Positions 1 through 9,011 of a DNA stretch of 64,000 nucleotides are shown in pieces; the stretch's first letter is position 1, and the number at the start of each line of letters is the position of its first letter. Below the pieces are notes generated by a model, which did no database searches, had not been told where the DNA came from, and was given only the letters and a program-made list of their open reading frames with translations. The translations under genes and the position numbers were made by a program. Source of the DNA: Spirochaetales bacterium (GTDB taxonomy: Bacteria > Spirochaetota > GWE2-31-10 > MWDO01); the NCBI GenBank assembly GCA_017540815.1, contig JAFYAI010000038.1, positions 411 to 64,410 of the forward strand, given 5' to 3'.

Positions 1-55
1 TTTATAGTTTTATTCTTTCATCGATATTTGTATTTTTTATGAGGATATTATATAT

Positions 56-529
56 ATGAGTGTGTATAAAATGAAATTTATTTCAAAAGAGTGTATTAAT
101 TGTGAGGTGTATAAAAATTATCAAAAAGAATCTTTTGATCAATTTTATGATCCGTTTAAGGATGTTTTTCATGATGTTGTTCATTTTATGTTGATAGATA
201 ATATATTTCTTCATACTCTTTGTTATGGCTGTAAATCTCGTAATAGAAAAATGTTTGATGAATGTAATTGTAAATGTTTGCATGACGAAGAAACAGATAA
301 ATTTGTGTTAGAGTGTTGTAAATATTACCTGCATCGACTTGAAAACTGTTGGGAATGCAGTGAGGAAGAGAATAAAAAAAGAATAAAGTCAATGGCAAAA
401 AAGATACTCAATAATTTATCATGTTACGGTGATGCATATGCTAATAATAGTGAAAATGTAAAAAAAGAGATAGAAGAATTGAAACAAAAATATCAAGAGA
501 TATTAGGTTGTGATGTATCAGAAACATGA
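56..529 (+). CDS. hypothetical Cys-rich protein (several CxxC pairs)
   Basis: Only long ORF in a visibly AT-rich segment. It has CINC, CYGC, CNCKC and CWEC motifs suggesting zinc binding. No family recognised. Confidence 0.4.
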   Translation: MSVYKMKFISKECINCEVYKNYQKESFDQFYDPFKDVFHDVVHFMLIDNIFLHTLCYGCKSRNRKMFDECNCKCLHDEETDKFVLECCKYYLHRLENCWECSEEENKKRIKSMAKKILNNLSCYGDAYANNSENVKKEIEELKQKYQEILGCDVSET

Positions 530-597
530 ACTGTTGTTTTGAAAGTGATCTGAAATAAAATATTGAGAAGGAATGAAAAATGAATTATTAGGCAATT

Positions 598-1494
598 ATG
601 TTTATTGTAGCTATAGCAGCAATTAGTATTCATATATTAGTTATTGCTTTTTTAATTTGTTGGAACAATATTTGTGTATTGTGTTACAAATCAAAACATT
701 GTAAATCGGAAAATAAATTTAGTATAGAATTTTTCCCTTATGATAAGACGGAAAATAAGTATTCAAATCAAAGTATAAAAAAGATTAAGGTAAGGGACAT
801 TAAAAACAAAATGGAAAAAGGTGGATTGAAATTGTTTAGTGATTTATCAGCAGATGCAATAAAATCAGGAATAAGTATTATAGCAAATATTGCTACGACA
901 TTAAGCGGAATTGCCACATTTATTATGTTGCTTATAGCATTATTTGGAAAAAGAATAAAGAAATTTCTTCACGGACCGAAATTAGTATTATCATTTAAAC
1001 CTGAATTTCCATATTGTAATCGAACATTTTATATTCCTACAAAAGAGCAAACTTTTTCTTTGAAATTTAAAATAAGTAATAATGGGGAAATGGATGCAAG
1101 AAATGTTCAATTATATTTGAACGGTATCTATAAGATTAGCGAGAATGGAGAATATATAAAAAGCAAAAATGTATTTCCGATGAATTTAATGTGGTCATTT
1201 CAGGACAGAGTAAATGAAGAAACTCCTATTGCTTCAGTAATCTCTCCTGATATGGATAAGTTTTGTGATTTCTTGTTTATAGATAGGTATCATTGTTATT
1301 TACGAACTGAGGTTAGTGTGCCGGTTGGTAATACATTGTGTAATACTATAGAAAAAGGAAGTTACAAAGCAGTAATTCATATTATGTCATCTGAATCTAA
1401 GTCAATAAAGTATAACATATTTTTTAATTATACAGGTAAATGGAGTAAAAAAATAAAAAAAGTGATACAAAATGTTCGTTGTATTAGGGAATAA
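598..1494 (+). CDS. hypothetical membrane protein
   Basis: Hydrophobic N-terminus (FIVAIAAISIHILVIAFLICW) and a second hydrophobic segment (LSGIATFIMLLIALFG), followed by a beta-rich C-terminal half. AT-rich codon usage. No family recognised. Confidence 0.45.
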   Translation: MFIVAIAAISIHILVIAFLICWNNICVLCYKSKHCKSENKFSIEFFPYDKTENKYSNQSIKKIKVRDIKNKMEKGGLKLFSDLSADAIKSGISIIANIATTLSGIATFIMLLIALFGKRIKKFLHGPKLVLSFKPEFPYCNRTFYIPTKEQTFSLKFKISNNGEMDARNVQLYLNGIYKISENGEYIKSKNVFPMNLMWSFQDRVNEETPIASVISPDMDKFCDFLFIDRYHCYLRTEVSVPVGNTLCNTIEKGSYKAVIHIMSSESKSIKYNIFFNYTGKWSKKIKKVIQNVRCIRE

Positions 1495-1695
1495 TGCCCC
1501 CTCTCCGTCGCCGTAGGCAGGGGTGAGGCTTTAGAGACCTAAATCTGACTGTGGCTTATTATCTGATTTTGCTTATATCAAAAAATATTGGTGTGTGAGT
1601 TTTGATTTTGACATTCATCGGGACATTACCGCCTATGGGCATAAAGCAAAATTAATCGATTATTTGCATATAATCTATTGACATTTAACCGAATT

Positions 1696-1736
1696 AATGT
1701 TAGTGTTGTCTAACAATGTTAGATAACACTAACATT
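1696..1736. promoter_or_regulatory. twin palindromic operator-like site (2 x TGTTAG-N6-CTAACA)
   Basis: aatgttagtgttgtctaaca-a-tgttagataacactaacatt forms 20-nt inverted arms with one mismatch. It resolves into two adjacent 18-bp palindromes (1698-1715 and 1717-1734). A TTGACA hexamer lies at 1679-1684 and the ATG at 1763. Confidence 0.5.
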
Positions 1737-1762
1737 AACAAATATAAATACAGGAGTTACTC

Positions 1763-3886
1763 ATGAATAATAAACATGAAGAAACGAATGTGAAAAATAA
1801 AAATTATCTGAACAGGATATGTATAATATCATCGTGTATGCTTGTGGGCTTAGCGATAATGCTGAGTTTGATCGGATGTCCGCAGAACACAGACAGTGGC
1901 AATCAGTCGTCAAATCAACAGAATGGCAAGAACGAGGATAAAAGCGTCTATGTCCTGATGAATATCCCGTATAGTGAGTTCTATGCGGCAGAGGGGGTCG
2001 GCAAGTCTTCTGACGGTAAAGTAAATTATACGAAAACTAATGCTCAGATAGCCGGTGCTGACGCAGTGACAAGTGCCACCACGAAATATGGCAACTATGG
2101 GCTTGCAGGCGGCGGGTATCACTACGGCAGGACATATAAGAGTGATACGGAAGCTCAGGGGGCAACAGCTGCCGGAGTAACATGGCCGGTCAAGGCATCA
2201 TCGTTGGAAGAGATTAAGTCATTAGGCGGAACGGAAGTAACAGCCGATACTACGGTAAAGACAGCATCAAACGGCAAAGGCGGTAAATTCAACGGAGCGA
2301 CAACTCTGACAGGCTGGCAGTGTCTGACAGAAACAGGAACGGACTACAGCTACTATGTGCTGGATAATGCTCCGACATATTATATGACGCTGACACTTAA
2401 CGGTAGTACACCGACATTCTCTGCTGTGAGCGGCAATGCGGAGACTAAAGATCAGGTCTCTCCGGATATATCTTATAACGGTCATCACGCAGGAACGACA
2501 TTCAAACTGCCCGATGAACAAGCTGGTTATCAAATTAATGCTGTTGTAATTACAACTGGCACTACTAAAGCAGGTCTGCTTCATTTGTGGGGCTTCTGGC
2601 GAAATCAAGAGATTGGACTTGACGGACTCGAAGGTGTAGTTGGCACTGCGATTACGAATGTCCGTGTCTACTGCAATGAAAACACAACAGATGTAACGAA
2701 AGTTGTTTATCATGTTTTTGACTATCCGATGAATGTTACGGCCCTGCCCGATTATACGGGAGATGATACCGCTGCAGCATTGGATAATGATGATCAGACC
2801 AAACTCAATGTAACAATACCGTCTGCACTGACTAATCCCAAAGTAACAGTGACATATTCTGTTAATCGTGTATCGACAATCGTAATAGAGAATGCAGAAC
2901 CTGATAATGGTGTTATTGTTCTTGATGCAAACAAAACACTTATTAAAGGAACATATTCCGTGCAGATAAAGTCTGACAATTATGCTCCGATTGTGAAATC
3001 TGTTATTGTCAGCGGCTCAATAAGTGAAGATGATATTGTGACGCTAAACGAAAATATCATTCGTGCTAATGCTTATGCTGCTGCAGACGATACACTGTCC
3101 GATTTGTCAAATGATATAAAATCAGCTTGGACTGTTTTATCCGCTTCAGTGGTATCCAACGCAGAATTGACCAAACTCAAGTCAGATTTCACGACACATT
3201 TTGCAGCGGCAAATACAGTCTCCCTGACAGAGACAGCATTCAGCGGTGTAGTCGGAACGAGCGGCAGCCGTGCTTATGTTGGATTGTTTAAGCCGACGAT
3301 ATTTGATGAGACTTATGATGAGACATGGAAACTGTACTGTGCTCAGTGCGGTTATGCAGATAACTCTGCTGATACGGCAGCATTCTTAAAAGCATCGATT
3401 AGTGCCGACACCTGGGGAGCGACAGCCGTCGAAGGACAGACGACATTTAACTGTGAGCTGCATCCGACAGGCGAAGAAGTGCTGACATTCTCGGTGGATG
3501 ACGGTGTGTATAAACTCAATGACGGCACAAATACTTGGACTTATGAATACCTTGGTATATCCTATATGGGAGCAAGAGAGGATTGGCATGCTGTTATGCC
3601 TAATTATGTGCCGGAAGGATTTGTTGTATCTTACGATTGTGCTGTTTATAAAGCGAAAGAGGACAATGCCGGTGAATACAAGTATGTATTGCTGCTGCCG
3701 GATACTCCTGAGGAGACATATCATATCGAGTTCCGATACGGATCAGATATAGATGCTCTGCAAAAAGCTCTAAGCGGCAAGTATTCATTCTGGCTGGCAG
3801 CCGGTATACCACAGGATGCAGATGATGAGATGATAGATAATGTTATCAAACTATTTGTAACGGAAAATCTTGCTAAAGGAGAATAA
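1763..3886 (+). CDS. large surface/periplasmic lipoprotein, function unknown
   Basis: AGGAG-like RBS upstream. Signal peptide with lipobox (LSLIGC). 707-aa ORF with coding-like composition and no competing frame. Confidence 0.75.
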   Translation: MNNKHEETNVKNKNYLNRICIISSCMLVGLAIMLSLIGCPQNTDSGNQSSNQQNGKNEDKSVYVLMNIPYSEFYAAEGVGKSSDGKVNYTKTNAQIAGADAVTSATTKYGNYGLAGGGYHYGRTYKSDTEAQGATAAGVTWPVKASSLEEIKSLGGTEVTADTTVKTASNGKGGKFNGATTLTGWQCLTETGTDYSYYVLDNAPTYYMTLTLNGSTPTFSAVSGNAETKDQVSPDISYNGHHAGTTFKLPDEQAGYQINAVVITTGTTKAGLLHLWGFWRNQEIGLDGLEGVVGTAITNVRVYCNENTTDVTKVVYHVFDYPMNVTALPDYTGDDTAAALDNDDQTKLNVTIPSALTNPKVTVTYSVNRVSTIVIENAEPDNGVIVLDANKTLIKGTYSVQIKSDNYAPIVKSVIVSGSISEDDIVTLNENIIRANAYAAADDTLSDLSNDIKSAWTVLSASVVSNAELTKLKSDFTTHFAAANTVSLTETAFSGVVGTSGSRAYVGLFKPTIFDETYDETWKLYCAQCGYADNSADTAAFLKASISADTWGATAVEGQTTFNCELHPTGEEVLTFSVDDGVYKLNDGTNTWTYEYLGISYMGAREDWHAVMPNYVPEGFVVSYDCAVYKAKEDNAGEYKYVLLLPDTPEETYHIEFRYGSDIDALQKALSGKYSFWLAAGIPQDADDEMIDNVIKLFVTENLAKGE

Positions 3887-3913
3887 TAAGCAAAAATTTA
3901 ATCACCTTTATAT

Positions 3914-3944
3914 AGACGCGGTGCTGTAAGCACTGCGTCTTTTT
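3914..3944 (+). terminator. intrinsic terminator after the 707-aa lipoprotein gene
   Basis: agacgcggtgc-tgtaa-gcactgcgtct gives an 11-bp stem (one G-U pair) followed by TTTT. Confidence 0.7.
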
Positions 3945-3980
3945 AGCAAATATTTATTTATATAATAAGGAGATATTAAA

Positions 3981-4775
3981 ATGACACTGAAACTTGGAGA
4001 TGTTCAAACGACTGCACTAATACCGCTGGCAGTCAAGGCAAATGAGACGCTGCGACCGAATGCACGCATTAAGGACGAAGTGGCGGTTGAGATTATAAGA
4101 CATTTGGAAGTAGACACTAAACCGTATGACAAATTTTTAAGTCACGAAGGCGTTATTGCCAGAACAATAATGCTTGACCGAATGGTGCGTGATTTTATTG
4201 CAAAAAATCCGACTGCCGTTATCGTCAATGTCGGAGCAGGCTTTGACAATCGGTTCAGCCGCGTGGATACCGGCAAAATCTTATGGTTCGATATGGATCT
4301 GCCGGATGTAATTGCTGTCCGAAAAAAAGTTTTTGATCCGCAGGATCGAGTGACGATGATTGAAGGCAGTGCTTTGGATGACGGATGGTGTGCAGCAGTC
4401 AAAAAAGCAGCAGAAGCACAAAACGCTCCGCTGTTATTCCTTGCCGAAGGATTATTTATGTATTTCACAATGGAAGAGATTGGTAAATTCTTACATATAC
4501 TGAAAGGCAGTTTCAAAGCAGGAACACTTATCGCTGAACAGAACAGTCCTTTGATGGTTAAGAATCAAAAATATCACGATACGGTAAAGAATACCAATGC
4601 GACATTCAAAAGTGGCACTTGGTCGGCAGAAGAACTTCTTCCGCTGTGCAAAGGGATGCACTTCGTGGAAGAACACAGTTTCAACGAAGAAATGAAAAAA
4701 TACTCTATTCGCGGAAAAATCTTCGCTCTGCTTTTCGGTAAAATGAATGACCGCTGGGCGGTATTTGAATGGTGA
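3981..4775 (+). CDS. class I SAM-dependent methyltransferase (leucine carboxyl / TcmP-like O-methyltransferase family)
   Basis: VNVGAGFDNRF SAM-binding motif, DMDLPDV acidic loop, and a size typical of the COG3315-type family. Confidence 0.7.
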   Translation: MTLKLGDVQTTALIPLAVKANETLRPNARIKDEVAVEIIRHLEVDTKPYDKFLSHEGVIARTIMLDRMVRDFIAKNPTAVIVNVGAGFDNRFSRVDTGKILWFDMDLPDVIAVRKKVFDPQDRVTMIEGSALDDGWCAAVKKAAEAQNAPLLFLAEGLFMYFTMEEIGKFLHILKGSFKAGTLIAEQNSPLMVKNQKYHDTVKNTNATFKSGTWSAEELLPLCKGMHFVEEHSFNEEMKKYSIRGKIFALLFGKMNDRWAVFEW

Positions 4776-4782
4776 GGATGCT

Positions 4783-4831
4783 GGACAAATAAAAGATGAC
4801 GGTCTGTAAGACCGTCATCTTTTATTTGTCC
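4783..4831 (+). terminator. long hairpin terminator
   Basis: Perfect 22-bp arms ggacaaataaaagatgacggtc / gaccgtcatcttttatttgtcc with a 5-nt loop, immediately after the methyltransferase stop. Confidence 0.7.
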
Positions 4832-4839
4832 GAATTCAC

Positions 4840-4868
4840 TTGACTTTTATCGAAAAATTTGGTATATT
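4840..4868 (+). promoter_or_regulatory. sigma70-like promoter for rpmH operon
   Basis: TTGACT (4840-4845), 17-nt spacer, TATATT (4863-4868), about 75 nt upstream of the rpmH ATG. Confidence 0.5.
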
Positions 4869-4944
4869 CATAGAATATAATCGGCAAGAGAATCGCTATA
4901 ATAAAATATGACAAACCATTTTATAATTATATAGGAGAAGCCAA

Positions 4945-5091
4945 ATGAAAAGGACTTATCAACCATCTAAGATTAAAAAAATGAGAAAACACGGATTTCG
5001 ACACAGAATGTCTACTGCTGACGGTCGAAAGGTTCTTAAAAGCCGACGACAGAAAGGCCGAAAGAGACTGACTGTTCGACTGTGTGCTTGA
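4945..5091 (+). CDS. rpmH: 50S ribosomal protein L34
   Basis: My own translation gives [48 protein letters not shown], a classic L34 sequence. GGAG RBS upstream. Absent from the ORF track because it is under 60 aa. Confidence 0.9.
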   Translation: MKRTYQPSKIKKMRKHGFRHRMSTADGRKVLKSRRQKGRKRLTVRLCA

Positions 5092-5102
5092 TTTGTACCA
5101 TA

Positions 5103-5482
5103 ATGTACGAATTTAAAAAAAAAACAGAATAAAAAGCAGCGGTGAGATAAGGAATATACTGCGCAATGGAAGTCTTATCAAGACTGCGTATTATAATTTT
5201 TATTTCATCAGATGCTGTGATGAGACGGTCGGCAGAGCCTATCTGTGCGAAGGCAGCCGGCTGGCAATCATCATAAAGAAAAAAGTCGGTATAGCTGTCG
5301 ATAGGAATCGGGAAAAGAGAATAGTCAGACAGTTATTCAGGTCCACGGCGGCCGAATCGCGGATAGATTTGGTAGTGCAGATAAAACAGTCCGGCGGTGA
5401 GTTTCATGACAAGCAATCAGTTTTTGCTCAGGCGATGGCTGAGATAGACAAAAGTCCGCAGGGATTAAATCCGAAGAACTGA
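5103..5482 (+). CDS. rnpA: ribonuclease P protein component, reading frame interrupted at an A10 run
   Basis: The downstream frame encodes [12 protein letters not shown]...[21 protein letters not shown], which contains the RnpA RNR-type motif. The only plausible ATG (5103) is in a different frame. The two frames join if the A10 run at 5115-5124 is read as A11. Confidence 0.7.
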
Positions 5483-5490
5483 TCATAACG

Positions 5491-5706
5491 ATGCTGCTGA
5501 ATAAAATATTTATTGGTATAATAAAGTTTTATCGTAAAAATATCTCGCCTCTGACTCCACCCTGTTGCAGATTCTATCCGACATGTTCAGAATATGGACT
5601 GCAGGCATTCCAAAAATATCATTTTTTCAAGGCACTGCGGCTGTCTGTTTGGCGGATTATGCGGTGCAATCCTTGGAACAAGGGCGGCTACGATCCGCTG
5701 GAATGA
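5491..5706 (+). CDS. yidD: membrane protein insertion efficiency factor YidD
   Basis: [22 protein letters not shown] and [12 protein letters not shown] signatures. Conserved position between rnpA and yidC. Confidence 0.9.
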   Translation: MLLNKIFIGIIKFYRKNISPLTPPCCRFYPTCSEYGLQAFQKYHFFKALRLSVWRIMRCNPWNKGGYDPLE

Positions 5707-5734
5707 CTGATGAAGTATTCTTCGGAGAACGGCG

Positions 5735-7549
5735 ATGGACAATAATAAAATGTTTACATTTATGATAGTGTTGGCTGTGACATTTATCATAATGAATCTG
5801 TATTTTTACTACACGAAACCTGCCGCACGGCAGACACAGCAGCAGACAGCGAATGTTGATGTTTCAAATGATATGTTTGCTCAGACTGCTTATGGCAGCA
5901 CAGACACGGAGCAGACATCCGCATCTGAGAAGGACCGCTGGGAGATCATCGGCAAAGATGATGCTTACAATGCTGAAGACCTTATCTATGATAACGGTAA
6001 GATCCATATTGAATGGACACCTTACGGCGGTGAGATTAAGCAGGCCGTAATCATTAATGCCAACAAAAATGTCAAAGCTAATGCACAATTGATTGATCAG
6101 AATGAAACGCACGGAGCGTTCCGCATGAAGCTCGGCTCGTGGGCTGACGGTAAGACGATAGAAGAGCTTACAAACGGGGATAATTATTTTAACTTTACAC
6201 GCAATGGCGATGAGTTTGTCTTTAAGTGCAGTCTGCACGACAAAGTTAAGGATATTATATACACGATAGTCAAGACTTACACAATGGTCGATGATGAGAA
6301 TATTTTCCGTGTGAAGATAGATATGTCGAACGAACAGAACGAAGAAAATAAATTCGATCAAACTAATATCGCATACTCACTTGGTTGGGGGCCGAGTCTC
6401 AATCAAAGCGGAGATAAGTTTAATAAGCAGTATGATCATTATGCTTATTATAATGGCAAGAAAATGCAGCGAGTCGATATGAACAGCAGGATTTTCCGTG
6501 GCAGCAATATTGCAGGCTACGCAGAGAAAGATAAAGTCTCAGCTGACAGGTGGTTCGCCCGCAATGACAGATATTTCAGTGTGCTGATACTGCCTGATAC
6601 TCAGAGTTATAAGTATTTCTTCGATTACCGTGGAGCTAAGTTCAATGAGTTCTACGGCGGATTTGAGCATGTTACCAAGAAATCACAGATCAGTGCAGAA
6701 TATTATGTTTATATGGGACCTCAGTTGAAATCTGTCATTAAGAAATATGATAACTATTATAAAGATGATTTCAATATTACTGACTCTGCATTCTCTAAGA
6801 GTGTGCGGCCCATTCTGTGGGGTATAGGCAATCTGATGGGGATGTTCCTTAATCTGTTGTATAAAGTTGTCCGCAACTATGGTGTAGCGATCATTTTGCT
6901 GACGATCATCATTAAACTGCTGCTCGCACCTCTTACTCACTCTAGTATGAAGAGTCAGGCTAAGATGACTGAACTCCAGCCGAGAGTCAAAGAACTGCAG
7001 GACAAATATAAAGATAATCCTAATCAGCTTAACCAAGAGATGATGAATCTCTATAAAAAAGCAGGAGTCAATCCGATGGGCGGCTGTCTGCCGATGCTGC
7101 TGCAGATGCCGATATTGTTGGCGATGTATCGGCTGCTCGACAGAATGGTAGAACTCAAAGGAGCTCAGTTCTTGTGGATCAGCGATTTGTCCAGACCTGA
7201 TTGTGTGTGGCAGTGGCCTTTTACAGTGCCGTTGCTTAATATCAGCGGACTGAATATATTGCCTATAATAATGGTGGCGACGCAGGTATGGTCGAGTCTG
7301 ACGATGCCGGGTGCGAAAGATAATAAGCAGACGCAGTATATGATATGGATGATGCCTCTGCTGTTCTTTTTTATGTTCTATAATGTTTCATCAGGGCTTG
7401 TTCTCTATTGGACAGTGATGAATATATTGGGTATCGTTCAGCAGGAATATATGAACAGAATGCAGAAGAATAAGCCGGCTGTGGCAGGCGACGGCAAACC
7501 AATGCAGTTTGTTAGGAGAGGCAAGAAGAATAATCCGAAGAAGAAATAA
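5735..7549 (+). CDS. yidC: membrane protein insertase YidC
   Basis: N-terminal TM segment, large periplasmic domain, and a C-terminal 60-kDa-IMP core (NPMGGCLPMLLQMPIL, SSGLVLYWTVMNILGIVQQ). Basic tail. Confidence 0.9.
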   Translation: MDNNKMFTFMIVLAVTFIIMNLYFYYTKPAARQTQQQTANVDVSNDMFAQTAYGSTDTEQTSASEKDRWEIIGKDDAYNAEDLIYDNGKIHIEWTPYGGEIKQAVIINANKNVKANAQLIDQNETHGAFRMKLGSWADGKTIEELTNGDNYFNFTRNGDEFVFKCSLHDKVKDIIYTIVKTYTMVDDENIFRVKIDMSNEQNEENKFDQTNIAYSLGWGPSLNQSGDKFNKQYDHYAYYNGKKMQRVDMNSRIFRGSNIAGYAEKDKVSADRWFARNDRYFSVLILPDTQSYKYFFDYRGAKFNEFYGGFEHVTKKSQISAEYYVYMGPQLKSVIKKYDNYYKDDFNITDSAFSKSVRPILWGIGNLMGMFLNLLYKVVRNYGVAIILLTIIIKLLLAPLTHSSMKSQAKMTELQPRVKELQDKYKDNPNQLNQEMMNLYKKAGVNPMGGCLPMLLQMPILLAMYRLLDRMVELKGAQFLWISDLSRPDCVWQWPFTVPLLNISGLNILPIIMVATQVWSSLTMPGAKDNKQTQYMIWMMPLLFFFMFYNVSSGLVLYWTVMNILGIVQQEYMNRMQKNKPAVAGDGKPMQFVRRGKKNNPKKK

Positions 7550-7554
7550 TTATC

Positions 7555-7596
7555 GTCAGCACGGAGAGCGACTTTCAGTCGGCACTCCGTGCTGAC
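7555..7596 (+). other. stem-loop between yidC and jag
   Basis: gtcagcacggag ... ctccgtgctgac gives a 12-bp outer stem, with an inner cgac/gtcg stem. No T-run follows, so it is not a canonical terminator. Confidence 0.4.
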
Positions 7597-7650
7597 AAAA
7601 TAAATTTAGAAGTAATTAAGAAAACGAGAGATATATACAGGAGACGACAA

Positions 7651-8301
7651 ATGATAACACGGGAATTTACCGGTAAGGATGAAAAAGAGTTAATAGCGAA
7701 GGCATTGGATACACTGAAACTTAGAGAGGATCAGGTAAAGATTGAGAAAGAGACAAAGGGCGGATTTTTGGGGCTCGGTGCTAAAGAAATAACGATCAAA
7801 GTAAGTTTCGATGATGACCTGCAGTTCGGCAATAGGGCGATAATGTATATTAAAGACCTGTTGGAGAAGATGGACATAGAGGCAAAGATCTATCTCGTTG
7901 AGGATAATGATGAGCGTGTACTGATTGAGATTGAGTCGCCGGATTCAGCGATGATTATCGGCAGACAGGGCAAAAACCTCGAAGCGATCCAGACTATCGT
8001 CAATGTAGCTCTTAACCGTGATGCTGAAGTATGGACCAAAGTTGCGATCGATATTGGCAACTATCGATACCGCAAGGAGCGTCAGCTTAAGCGAACAGCA
8101 CTGCAGGCAGCAGGCCATGTTCGACGCACGAAACGCTCAGTTGTGCTTGATCCGATGAACCCTTTCGAGAGACGCATTATTCACATGACACTTAAGGCTG
8201 AGCCGAATGTTATAACTGAGTCGGAAGGTGAAGGATTGATCAAGAGTATAAAAGTATCATACAGCGACGGTAAAGAGCCTGTTAAAGAAGCACAAGAGTG
8301 A
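7651..8301 (+). CDS. jag: RNA-binding protein Jag/KhpB (KH + R3H domains)
   Basis: IIGRQGKNLEAIQ (KH GxxG loop) and ERRIIHMTLK (R3H motif). Conserved position after yidC. Confidence 0.85.
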   Translation: MITREFTGKDEKELIAKALDTLKLREDQVKIEKETKGGFLGLGAKEITIKVSFDDDLQFGNRAIMYIKDLLEKMDIEAKIYLVEDNDERVLIEIESPDSAMIIGRQGKNLEAIQTIVNVALNRDAEVWTKVAIDIGNYRYRKERQLKRTALQAAGHVRRTKRSVVLDPMNPFERRIIHMTLKAEPNVITESEGEGLIKSIKVSYSDGKEPVKEAQE

Positions 8302-8309
8302 GTTAATAT

Positions 8310-9011
8310 ATGACAGGTGCATTGGCAGAAGCATGGAAGTCTAAAAAACAGAAGAAACAGAAAATATTTGCAACGAGTTATATTGGCAGTGCGTTTGATA
8401 ATCTGATCTGTGACAGACCATGCGACTTTGTTAGATTTGATATTCGTGAGGCCGCTCTTGTTTATGGTTATGGCGATGAACGGAGCATTACAGAGACAGA
8501 GTGTGATGTCATGCTTAGACATATATCAAATGACGGCAGGCTGTTTGTCTCGGATATACCGTATTCAATGGAATGTGATAATAACGCCCTGTCGCTCATC
8601 GGGCAGTTTATGGGGCGTTATCATATTGGTGCGGTTAATCTGCGTCTTAATCATAATATCCTGCCGTTGGCTAAGAAGCTGGTGCTGTCCGGAGTACCTG
8701 TCATCATAACTGCTGACTGTGACTCGCTGATATGCAGTGAGGAGCGTATTGTTGAGAATGCTGTCGAGGCTGGCAATACATGTGCAGTCCTGATGATTAC
8801 CGAAGGGCTTAGTGATGAGAGTTATGAGAAGATCAAGTCAATGTGCAAGATACCTGTTATTGCAGATAGAAATATCAAAAATGCTGACGGTTATTATGCA
8901 CGATACAGCGAGATAATCGGAATGACTGAATCGAAAAATCAGTATCTGAATATAAGACAACTGATAGGCAGTGCATTTGACGATGCAGCAGAGTCTGTGA
9001 ATGTAAAGTGA
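8310..9011 (+). CDS. hypothetical protein (weak resemblance to PanB/PEP-mutase-type TIM barrels)
   Basis: Uninterrupted ORF 9 nt after jag. LFVSDIPYS and GVPVIITAD segments are reminiscent of PanB strands, but the key motifs are not conserved. Confidence 0.5.
   Translation: MTGALAEAWKSKKQKKQKIFATSYIGSAFDNLICDRPCDFVRFDIREAALVYGYGDERSITETECDVMLRHISNDGRLFVSDIPYSMECDNNALSLIGQFMGRYHIGAVNLRLNHNILPLAKKLVLSGVPVIITADCDSLICSEERIVENAVEAGNTCAVLMITEGLSDESYEKIKSMCKIPVIADRNIKNADGYYARYSEIIGMTESKNQYLNIRQLIGSAFDDAAESVNVK

Noticed and set aside
4776-4944. Possible replication origin next to the rpmH-rnpA-yidC-jag cluster
   Set aside because: There is no dnaA or dnaN gene in the window, and I saw no cluster of TTATCCACA-type boxes in the spacers. 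The only perfect box I noticed (59567-59575) is a lone hit inside the radical SAM coding sequence.
5565-5790. ORFs overlapping yidD and the yidC start (5565-5765 plus strand, 5587-5790 minus strand)
   Set aside because: They overlap the strongly conserved YidD frame and the YidC N-terminus and have no supporting motifs.
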